A stretch of DNA of 63,550 nt, counting the filler, from Hyphochytrium catenoides (Eukaryota; Protista; Hyphochytriomycota), in the NCBI GenBank assembly GCA_900088475.1. It is 10 parts of 10 records of this genome, joined end to end, with 100 filler letters (N's around TTAATTAATTAA, not from the genome) between each part and the next. Parts side by side here need not be neighbours in the genome. Positions count along the whole stretch, not along the records: positions 51,630 to 63,550 come from FLMG01004491.1; 9 more parts are not named here. One strand, 5' to 3'. The notes below the pieces were generated by a model that saw only the letters and a program-made list of their open reading frames with translations, searched no databases and had not been told where the DNA came from. Below are positions 54,243-63,550 of this stretch, one piece after another. The position numbers were made by a program, and so were the translations under genes. Every line of letters starts with the position of its first letter. Within the stretch, counting starts at the first letter, position 1.

Positions 54243-56120
54243 ATGATAAGCACTAGTCCTGCTCCCAACCATGAGCAGATTGGCCCTTACAATCCTCACT
54301 GGAGAGCCGTTGACTTCGCGCTGAAAGAGAGTGAGACTCGATCTTCCCTAGTCTCTCTCTCTCTCTCTCCCACATCTCTTCCCTTCTCTGAAGATTATGC
54401 GAGAGAGCTCGTGGGAAGGCTGCTTAAGGAGGTTCATCTAGAAAAAGAGAAGAGAGGAGAAGAAAGAGAGAGAAATGAAGAGATAATCCTTCGCGTGGTG
54501 ATCGAGTCCGGCGCAGAGCCAACATTTGGAAGCAGAAAGGAAGAGAAACTCGACCTCTCTCCCTATTCCACCGAACAGTTAACGTGGAAGAGAAGAGAAA
54601 AGGGAAAGAGAGAGAAAGAGAGAGAGAAAAAAAGTCGAGTCTCTCCCTCCGTGTCTCGTCTTCAACGTTCAGAGGACTTCCCTACCCATAGCAGCTGGCC
54701 TATGGGCTCAACAAAGAGAGACGGAGAAGAGAGAGCCACCAGAGAAGAGTCAGAAGATTATTATCAACGCTCTCTCTACTTTTATAGACCGCGGTGGCGG
54801 TCGTGGGAGGAGAGAAAGAGAGAGAGAGAGCCATCTCCCTCGCTTTCTACCAGTCAGCCAGTGCCAAGCAGCACGTGGTGGGAGCTTCCCACACAGAGAA
54901 GAGAGAGTGGCAATCTTGGCAGATACGGCAGGGAGAGAGAAGAAGGCTCTCGGCGGTCTCTCTCTCTCTCTTCTTCCCTGTCTGTCTTTCCTCCTAACCA
55001 TTATGTCCAGTTCATTGACAGCGGAAGAAAGGGACAAGAGTACGCGCCTGCAGCGGCTTTTCTAAGAAGCTATGACCCACAAAGCAGGGAAGTACGAGAA
55101 GGAGAAAGATGCTTGAGTCCAGCGAGAAGAGAGAAGGGGAGTCTCTCTTCTTCGTACAGAGGAGATAACAGGTCCGCCTTCTTCTCCTTCAAAAGAGACA
55201 CGCCAGAGGTGCTTCTCGAGCCCAGAAATAGATATGAGGAAGAGGCAACATGGAGAGAAGAAGAAGAGACGGAACGAGGAAAGAGAAGAGAAGAGAACTA
55301 TTGTCTTTCCTCCCGCCGACAGTCTCTCTCTCCTTCACTCTCCGATTTCTCCCGCCTCTCCCAGCGGCAGCAGGAGCTTCAAGGCAGTGACAGCAGCTCT
55401 TCCTCTGGACAAGAGGAGTCCCTTGCGAGCTTCGTTTCCTCCTCTCAGCGGAGAGCAGCTCTGGGTTCTGAAGAGTGGTCTGACTCTGCTTCCTCCTCAT
55501 CAGGCAGCAGAGAAGAAGAAGGAGAAGGAAACGCTGCGGAAGAGACGAAGAAAGGATCGTTGCACAATCCTTCTGCTTCCTCCTCCTTCTCTTCTTCTCT
55601 CTCTCTCTCTTCCTTATTCTCCTCCTCCGCCTCACTGCAGAAGGGAGGAAAGAAGGTAGAAGGACAACGCTGTCCTGTCAAGGGCTGTGTCCCCTTATTC
55701 TTCGACCAGACAGGCCAGTGCTCCATCCACGCCCAGCCTCAGATGGTAGCTATCAGAGGTAATAGCACCGGCAGCAGCAGCAGCCAGCGTGGGAGTAAGA
55801 GGAACACGCCTCGACGGCGGTGCAAAGTGAAAGGATGTCCTAAGCAATGTCAGAACAACGGCGTCTGCATCGCGCACGGCGCCTCAGTGAAGAGATGCTC
55901 CGCTGAAGGCTGTACCAAGTATGCGCTGACCGGCGGCGTCTGCATCTCTCACGGGGCCAAGGTCCGGCGCTGTAAGGTGGAAGGTTGCCTGAAGCACGCG
56001 CAGGTACGCGGCGTCTGTGTGGGCCACGGAGCGCAGTTGAAGCGGTGCAAGATCCCAGGTTGCAAGAGTCAGGCTAGGAAACAAGGGAAGTGCCGCGCAC
56101 ATCGGGATGTGGAGCTTTGA
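54243..56120 (+). CDS. Protein with C-terminal CxxxxC-x7/8-GxCxxHG zinc-finger repeats (the type annotated 'WRKY19-like' in oomycetes and plants) and a low-complexity N-terminus
   Basis: Four tandem repeats: CKVKGCPKQCQNNGVCIAHG, CSAEGCTKYALTGGVCISHG, CKVEGCLKHAQVRGVCVGHG and CKIPGCKSQARKQGKCRAH, plus one upstream degenerate copy. The 625-codon ORF starts just after a gap, so the true start is uncertain. Confidence 0.85.
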   Translation: MISTSPAPNHEQIGPYNPHWRAVDFALKESETRSSLVSLSLSPTSLPFSEDYARELVGRLLKEVHLEKEKRGEERERNEEIILRVVIESGAEPTFGSRKEEKLDLSPYSTEQLTWKRREKGKREKEREKKSRVSPSVSRLQRSEDFPTHSSWPMGSTKRDGEERATREESEDYYQRSLYFYRPRWRSWEERKREREPSPSLSTSQPVPSSTWWELPTQRRESGNLGRYGREREEGSRRSLSLSSSLSVFPPNHYVQFIDSGRKGQEYAPAAAFLRSYDPQSREVREGERCLSPARREKGSLSSSYRGDNRSAFFSFKRDTPEVLLEPRNRYEEEATWREEEETERGKRREENYCLSSRRQSLSPSLSDFSRLSQRQQELQGSDSSSSSGQEESLASFVSSSQRRAALGSEEWSDSASSSSGSREEEGEGNAAEETKKGSLHNPSASSSFSSSLSLSSLFSSSASLQKGGKKVEGQRCPVKGCVPLFFDQTGQCSIHAQPQMVAIRGNSTGSSSSQRGSKRNTPRRRCKVKGCPKQCQNNGVCIAHGASVKRCSAEGCTKYALTGGVCISHGAKVRRCKVEGCLKHAQVRGVCVGHGAQLKRCKIPGCKSQARKQGKCRAHRDVEL

Positions 56121-58929
56121 ACAGAAGAGGAGCAGGACTTTACGCCCATAGTTTACTTCCCTGCTGGCTCTAGAGACAACCGCTGGCAAAGCAGAAAGAC
56201 GACCTTCCTTCTCCCTGAGGGTGCAACCGCAGGCTTTTTAGGGGCGGCAGGAGGAGGAGGATGTCCTCTGACCACGAAGTGACGATGGTGGAGGATACTC
56301 TAAGAAGAAGATATCATCGTTTATATATAGACCTTGTCTTCCCTACTAGGTAGCATGTAGCAATTCGACTGGGCTCTCTTTCCTTTTAGCTCGCCTCCTT
56401 TTCTCTTGCTTCCCTCTGGTTTCGTCTCCGGCGTCTCTTCTCTCACATGGTGCGTCTTTATGGGCTTGCTCACCATTGATGAGGCCAGCACCACCATTCT
56501 GCTTGCACGAAGAGACAGAGCGACCGAGCCATTTTGCTCTCTATATAATGAGAAAGGACGAGAACTTAGACGCCCTATCGTCACGCTTCTTACACTTCTT
56601 GTTCTCTCTTCTGGCATGTCTGTTCCTCTCGATCGAATAAGCGGCGGTACTGCCAGCCTTACCCTATCGTAAGTAGAAGATAGTAGTAGCAGCTATCAGC
56701 TATCAGCAGCTGGACGAAGGCGCCATCCTAGAGCTGGAAGCGGAGAAGGAAAGTGCATTATTCACATATTCAGTCAAAGCTCCGGCCTCCTGCAGATGAT
56801 AACCAGGAGCTTGAAGTTGCCTTCTGATGTCTCTTCCGTTCCCCACAACAGCAAAGCCTAGGGTTATGTCAAAGACTTCTGTCATCATAAGAAGACAGTT
56901 AGTGAGGAGTGATGAGATAGACGCTTAGCTGAGAAGAGTTCATTCAAAGATCCATCTTCTTCCTTGTCAGAAGGCTCCTCCCAGAAGAAGGTTGCTTGTT
57001 ACTGCTTCTCACCTTGGCCTAGCGCTATCATATGGAAGTTCTAACACCATCCAGTGCCCTAGCAGAGCGCGAAATGGTGATGTTCGCTTCAGCGTGTGCA
57101 ACCAGCGCCAGGAAGCCTGGTTGCTGTCAGCGTTTATCACCAAGCATATGTTATCTCGTCAGCAAACGGAAGAGGCATCTTGCGGCACAGCTCGGCTCCA
57201 TCGTGGACGCGAAGAACGAGTTCATGGCTTCCCTTTTTTCCCCTTGAAGCGCCCATTTGTTCTCCCTTCAACAAGGGAGGAAGAGACCTACCAACGAACG
57301 AGAAGGAGAATGAGATGTCTTCGTTAGGAATGGGCGACCAGAAGTATCTATTAGCACGTCAACGGCATAGTGGATAGGAATACACTTAGCCTTAGGAGAA
57401 GAACGCAGTCATTGCGCAGCAAAGTTGGCGAAGGGTTGTCTCTTCCACATCTACGGTCGCCATGATCAACAAGCTGCGCGTGAGGGCCGCCGGTCTGCTC
57501 AGAACTAGTACTTTGTGATTGGACTCAGCCCCCGAAGAATGCCCCAAGCCCGATTCAGAGGAGTCAAAGTCCTTCCACGGTTGGACTTCTATACAGCACA
57601 GTTGGCGGCGGTGGAGGGCCTTCACAGGGTCCAAGTTGTACTTGGTAGCTGTTCTCAGCAGCAGGGACGTGGACTAGCTCCTGGCTGTCCGTCACTGGGC
57701 AGTCGCACTAGAACCGTCTTGGGCTCTACTACTGTCATCAAGTTATTGGCGGCCAACAGAGTAGACTCACCGCCCGTCCAACTTCATCATACCCTATGTT
57801 TGCTAACATGATGAGACATAATTGACTCTCGCTAGCTACGTTCACACCGTCGACTCAACCCGTCTATCTAAATTACTAGCTAACTCTATTTTGATAGTGT
57901 CGTGTCCTGAAGAAGGTGAGCATTGCCTCCCTAGCAACAGAAAGTAGTAGGCAATAGGAAAGGAGAAAGTAGCTGCTTGCCATTCTCTCTACATGTGCAC
58001 AAACCAACTCATACTCATACGAACCAATCCTTTTTTAAGATCTTCGACAGCTCACGCCGGAAGCCCCCATAAAGTAATGATAAGATATTAATCCCTCGGT
58101 GCCATCTCCAGCACTCCGACGAAGCACTCAGTAAAATAACGGTGCCCCATTGCCAGGCTAGCGAGTAGACCAACCCACAGATAATGTTAACGCTAAGGTC
58201 CTACCATTCCTGTTCCCAAGGGTTAACGCTAGGGCCATAAGCCATAAGGTCATTGTGCTTCCCCTAATGCAACGTAAGGGGTCGAGACTAGCTCTGACGG
58301 CACCCCTACTAGTGGAAGAAGTAGTAGCAAGTAGAAGTTTTTTGTGTGCAGTGCCAGCCGCTGGTCATGTCCGGCTAGTAGTGGGCTCTGCAGGCAGCGG
58401 CATTATCATGAAGGTGATGGGCAACATTAGCGTTCCACAGAGTGAACACTACTGTTGGCGGGTAGGCGGTACACTTGTGACGAGGCGGAAGGTTAGTTGA
58501 AGACCGAGGGACGGTGTCATTGTGGTTGTTCAACCAATGAAGCGTTGATCTTTTCCATCATAGACGGCCATCGGACCTACTACTAAGCTTGTCACTAGCA
58601 GTAGCACTGCAAGCGCAGGTCAAGTGCAGTGCTTGTACTACGGCAAAGAAACGACAGCGAAGCCTGCTGTTGTGGCTGCACTACCGTTTTATGCCCTTGG
58701 TTGAACAGTATAACATATTACGGGTCCTGGTGTCTAGGTACTAACCCGCCCAATAAATCATCTAAGAGCCAAGCACAGAAGAGCAATGCGTAGCACTAGC
58801 ACAGAGACACAGAGAGGAAGCACAAACACACAACGACAGGGAAAGTGAGACAAGAGGAAGGGCGGCTCTAAAAAGAAAGGGCTCAGGGTGTGCAGTGCGT
58901 CTGTATCTAGCTGTGTACGTTATGACTAG

Positions 58930-59297
58930 GTGCGGGTTCAAAGTTAGGACCGTGATTCGTATCCAGTGTATCTGCTAGCGGGGTATAATAAATGTATGAA
59001 CGAGCCAGAAGCTGCTGGTAGCTCTGCTGCTGTCCCTCAACAACAGGAGGGAAAACCGTTGCTGGAGATGTGATTTGCTTGACGACGACTTCTGGGTTCG
59101 GGGTTGTCAGGCTGGAAGTGAGTACTGACCTTGTGTGGGTTCAAAGTTACGACCGTGAGTCGTATCCAGTGTATCTGCTAGCCTCCGGTGTATAAATGTA
59201 TGAACGAGTCAGAAGCAGGTAGCTCTGCTGCTGTCCCTCAACAACACGGCAAAGCGTTGCTGAAGATGTGATTTGCTTGACGACTTTCGGGTTCTGG
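58930..59297. repeat. Diverged direct duplication, period about 203 bp
   Basis: gggttcaaagttaggaccgtgattcgtatccagtgtatctgctagc...gatgtgatttgcttgacgac at about 58930, repeated at about 59133. Confidence 0.88.
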
Positions 59298-60078
59298 GAG
59301 ACGCTAGCTTCTTGCAAGCATCTGTTAATCAGGATTACTCTCCTTGTCAGGAATTTTCTCTGATCTCTCTTTGTTTCTCTCTTTTCTATAGTATTGCTTT
59401 CTCTTTCTCTGTGAGTCGTACGCCGTTCTATCTATCTTTTCTTCCACACAAAGCTCATCACCCACAAAGATGTGGAGAAGAAGCTTTATTGAACACATAT
59501 CAGTGGGGAGTCCAACTAAAGGCTTAGCTGTCACAGCGATAGAACTAGACAATGCAAGAAAGAACTATTCATCAGCGAAGTTGGGACTATCCTTCTTTCC
59601 ACCAATCGGAGAAGATAAGAAGCATTAACAGTAGGAACTACCCGGGGTCAGACCCTTAGAGAAGCCACCCACATCATCTACTACTGTCCTAGAAAGGCAG
59701 ATGGCAAGGTTTACTTGTCAAACGACGCCCACGCAACCCCTAAGGAGGCAGAGTTCCTTTCCACATACTTGCCGGCCTGCCACGTCGTCGGCGCCTCTAA
59801 TTCATATCAAGGGGTGTGCAATCGCAATAACCTGTGGTCGCCGCGAGCGCCGGCGGCAGAGCTTTTTTCAAGCTTTCCTACATNNNNNNNNNNNNNNNNN
59901 NNNNNNNNNNNNNNNNNNNNNNNNNNNNNNNNNNNNNNNNNNNNNNNNNNNNNNNNNNNNNNNNNNNNNNNNNNNNNNNNNNNNNNNNNNNNNNNNNNNN
60001 NNNNNNNNNNNNNNNNNNNNNNNNNNNNNNNNNNNNNNNNNNNNNNNNNNNNNNNNNNNNNNNNNNNNNNNNNNNNNN

Positions 60079-60286
60079 AGAATGAATGAATGGGAGGAGC
60101 GCCCTTGGTGGCTATGCAGATCCTTCAGGAGCGAGGAGGGTCGGTGAAGGAGGTGAGTCCAGCAAGAGCAACACTTCGATAAAAGAGAATGAAAGAATGG
60201 GAGGAGCGCCCTTGTTGGCTATGCAGATCCTTCAGGAGCGAGGAGGGTCGGTGAAGGAGGTGAGTCCAGCAAGAGCAACACTTCGG
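60079..60286. repeat. Tandem repeat of about 107 bp, at least 2 near-identical copies, next to an N gap
   Basis: gaatgggaggagcgcccttg.tggctatgcagatccttcaggagcgaggagggtcggtgaaggaggtgagtccagcaagagcaacacttcg occurs twice. Confidence 0.92.
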
Positions 60287-60326
60287 TAGATCAAGTACGC
60301 CGCTGGTCGTTCACGGGATGCGGCAT

Positions 60327-61445
60327 CTAGGGAAGAACAGCAGCGACAATCAGCGTCGCCTCCACCACTTCTACCACTTCTTCCACAGCAGCTACAATTT
60401 CCTCCGCAATTGCTGGCATTGCCTCTTGAAACTCGCCTTCGGGAATACCCAGAACTACTTCATTCACCCAATCTGGATCCGCATTTGCAAACGGATTTGG
60501 TCCTTCTAGCGGTGGTGCAGGTACAACGGCAGCCAAAGCGTTCATTGCTCTGTCTAGTTCCGCAGCGTTGGTTGCGACATCATTAACCGACAGTAGCGAT
60601 CTTCCTCCCGTATTGTATAGACTCGCCTGCGTAGGAGAAGGTAACCAATCTTTGTGAACTGCAAGTCCCCAGACAGCCGCATTTGTTACAAATTTGACAG
60701 CACGTCCGTCGGGTGTAACGTGCTTCAGTGTGCAGTATTGGGTGGAATACCTGACTCTGACATCATTAGGGAAACTGCCGCAGCCGAGGTAATAAACACT
60801 GCGGGCCGGTAAGGTTACTGCGCTAGTGCCACAAGCGGGTGAAGCACCACCATAAGGGCAGGTGATCTTTCCGTAGGTGAGCTTCTCCGAGTTCAGTATG
60901 AAGTGATTAGTATTCCGGTTCCGCAACTCATAGGAACACCCCTTCTTGTTCACGGCGCCATTTGATAGCTTGGAGCAAGACTTCATATAACAAAGCGCAG
61001 TTCTATAGCTGCACTTTGCATAGAAACAAAACGTGTTGGGTCTGCAATGGAGACGAGGGTAGTAGTAGTTCTTGTCGCACTTGAGTTTGTTGCCATCAGT
61101 GGGATCCTTGGCGCATAGACGTGTCTCAAAGACATCTGGTGCCCGGGACAACCGAACCTTATAGAAGTCCCACCTTAGATTTGTTCTCGTTGCCAATTCC
61201 CGGCGCTGCTCGACATGACTGGAGGACAACAGTTCTTCCTCCACGCTGTCGGCTGGAAGGTAGTCAACAACACTTTCACCAACTGTTAACTGTTCACTTG
61301 GCTCTGTGCTTGTTGTTGTTGCTGATGACAAGTCTCGAAGATGACGCGAGCGGTGGTGAGTGGTGGTAGAAGCAGCAGCAGCAGAAGGGCAGCCCGCCAT
61401 CGCAGCTGCCACCAGTATCAAAAGGGAGGCTGGAATGGACTTCAT
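60327..61445 (-). CDS. Secreted Cys/Tyr-rich protein with RxLR-like propeptide, unknown family, intronless
   Basis: 372-aa ORF. Signal peptide MKSIPASLLILVAAAMAG..AAA; RHLR at residues 34-37, then an acidic tract and EQRREL; basic Cys-rich core; acidic and hydrophobic C-terminus. Confidence 0.8.
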   Translation of the reverse strand: MKSIPASLLILVAAAMAGCPSAAAASTTTHHRSRHLRDLSSATTTSTEPSEQLTVGESVVDYLPADSVEEELLSSSHVEQRRELATRTNLRWDFYKVRLSRAPDVFETRLCAKDPTDGNKLKCDKNYYYPRLHCRPNTFCFYAKCSYRTALCYMKSCSKLSNGAVNKKGCSYELRNRNTNHFILNSEKLTYGKITCPYGGASPACGTSAVTLPARSVYYLGCGSFPNDVRVRYSTQYCTLKHVTPDGRAVKFVTNAAVWGLAVHKDWLPSPTQASLYNTGGRSLLSVNDVATNAAELDRAMNALAAVVPAPPLEGPNPFANADPDWVNEVVLGIPEGEFQEAMPAIAEEIVAAVEEVVEVVEATLIVAAVLP

Positions 61446-62471
61446 GGTGATGGTGCTAGCGGTCGTCCTTAGAACAATAGGGAAACGTCCTGCCTATTAT
61501 TCGCTGATGTGCTTGTTGTTGCTCCTTCTGTCAGGACGGTTGGAAATTTGAAAAGTGAGAAAGTTGGTGGTGGTGGTGGTGGAAGATGGCCAATTAATAG
61601 ACCAAGAAGCGAGAGGTAGTAAGCGCCCCCGAGAACTATGCTGACAACAGGCACAATAAGACTTTGGCTTTTGGGCATCATGATGCAGATTGGAATGGAG
61701 GTGCCACGTCTGCTTGTACAAGAAGTAGCAGTGTCCAACAAGCCTTCTTTTCTCCTAATATTCTTTCTTTAGAAAAATGTCACTACTATTATTGACCACG
61801 AAGACCAAATCAGCTGCCCATCATCCTCCTCCCCGGAGCACATGATCCTCGAATCATTATCCAACCAGCTTGATGTTTAGATAATCGAGGAGATGAACCG
61901 CCAGTCTTCTACCGTATAACTACAAATCCTCCATACGCGACGCCCAGCTGTTGGTCATGCACCGCTGCTATGATCGCTAGGGACAACAAGTCCATCCTAG
62001 ACTCGAGGATCATCGCGTGGTAGAACTACAAGGTCCTACATCCGGCCACGACTGGCTCATCTTCTCCCGTGAGCCATGAGTGGGCCAAAGAACAACCGGT
62101 GTTTTCTAGACCATCGCATTGCCTAATATCTCCATGACAAACAGGTACAGAGTTGTTCATGGTAACCTGAACCTAGTACACAAAAGGAAATGAAGAGCTC
62201 TTACATATTAGAGTGGACCAGTTCCACCCACAATAATCGACTACGAAATAAAGCTTCAGTAGTGTGGCGTGACAAACATCGTCAAATCCTAGAGATAGAG
62301 ATAAGTTTTCTGCAAGTAAGAGCGGATGAGAGCGCCGCCCAGCTAGGGCTTTTACCTGGTGTTTAGAACAACAAAAGTGTTCCACCATTATTATGCAAGT
62401 AATAATGAGCTGGACAAGTAAGTGGTCATGACATCAACATGCTCCCAGCATACGACAGCACTAGTAGTAGC

Positions 62472-62903
62472 TTTAGTATGCACTGTCTCGCCCTTATCTT
62501 TCCCTGCGATCCCTATCGTTGACATGATGGATGATGGATGCAGGGTTGAAATGACGTTGCAAATGGCGAGGCGACAACATCATTTTATTCACAAGTAATG
62601 AGCGGGACAACCAGCGGCCATGATATTCTTTATAACATGTCCCGATATGCTGCAGTTTGTACTCGTAGCCCCTTTCGTATGTACCCTCTCGCCCTTGTTT
62701 TCCCCAAGGATCCTTTCGCTGACTTGATGACTTGGTGATGATGATATGATGATGCACGTTTGGAAGAACCCTGGCAGGGAGAAGTATTTTCGATGAAGTC
62801 GCCGCACCATTTGCAACATCACTTCAACCCTATGTCATCAACATCGAGTCAACGAAAGAGATAGCAGGGAAAGAAAGATAAGGGCGAGACAGTCGATACT
62901 AAA
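62472..62903. mobile_element. MITE-like element with imperfect terminal inverted repeats of about 110 bp
   Basis: Left arm tttagtatgcactgtctcgcccttatcttt...gggttgaaatgacgttgcaaatggcgaggcgac matches the reverse complement of 62792-62903 (tttagtatcgactgtctcgcccttatcttt...gggttgaagtgatgttgcaaatggtgcggcgac). The interior is noncoding. Confidence 0.78.
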
Positions 62904-63550
62904 TAATAAAAAATAAAGCCACAATCCTGCAGTATGCCAAAACTTGTGGCCCCAGTTTTCTAATCACGCGGAGGCATCCTATCAAATTATTGTGTCTCAG
63001 CCTTTGGATTATTGGCTCTCCTGACGGAGGCAAATCCTCCCTTGACTGGTGTGAAAATATATGACAGATGATTACAATCATCCTAGATGTACACCGTATT
63101 AGAACTACTGTACTGCAGGAGTGACCAATAGCTGAGAACTAATGAGTGGAGTTCAATCTTGTTTTCTTATAAAGCGCCAAGCGTGTGACGTACCACGATA
63201 CTACGAAGACACATCGACAAAGCGTTATGTATCTTTATACAGCCACAGGAGCTCCTGACGATGGGGGTGCCCTATTACATACTCCGTAATACTTTGAACG
63301 AGAGTACAAGTACCTGTATCATCAAAGATAGATTCCCCAGCCTGCGCGAATTGATTGAGAATCCGGTCCTGAGTCAGCAGCTCCCAGGAGCTGTTGGTGG
63401 AGGCCTCCTATAAAACAGGAGTGGTGAGTCTAGTATTACTGTTTCGTATCTTCTGCATGAATGAGTTTTATTGCTAAGGCCGTTTGCCGTGTTCGTGCCC
63501 TCCTAGACGGAATCCACAGGACCCAAGGACCAAGACGGCCTAAGACATGT

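Noticed and set aside
56900-58600. Short ORFs downstream of the zinc-finger gene
   Set aside because: No recognisable domains or consistent exon structure.
58930-60286. CRISPR-like array interpretation of the direct repeats
   Set aside because: Eukaryotic context, only two long copies each, no repeat-spacer structure and no cas genes.

Overview
Eukaryotic, intron-rich draft genome sequence with very dense (AG)n/(CT)n microsatellites. It is most likely a stramenopile, inferred from oomycete-style CxxxxC-x-C-HG zinc-finger repeats and an RxLR-like secreted protein. The window joins about 10 contigs with artificial N-TTAATTAATTAA-N spacers, so adjacency across spacers is not biological. Most ORF-track entries are microsatellite artefacts. 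Spliced host genes I could reconstruct: a monoacylglycerol lipase-like hydrolase, a LAPTM-like 4-TM protein, a tepsin-like VHS-PDZ-BAG protein, a TTP/TIS11 CCCH protein with AREs in its own 3' region, a CNNM transporter, an ABCC 3' end, an eEF1A-KMT4/METTL13-like methyltransferase, HDAC11, a PI4K III-beta 3' end, a Hook-like fragment, a CTL/SLC44 transporter, a zinc-finger-repeat protein and a secreted Cys/Tyr-rich protein. Mobile DNA: a chromodomain Gypsy element nested in a Copia RT, a MITE and remnants. The most notable feature is a spliced gene fusing a tyrosine-recombinase domain to a RecQ-like helicase and Cys/His zinc motifs, a candidate YR-helicase mobile element. All assignments come from manual motif recognition; no database searches were run.
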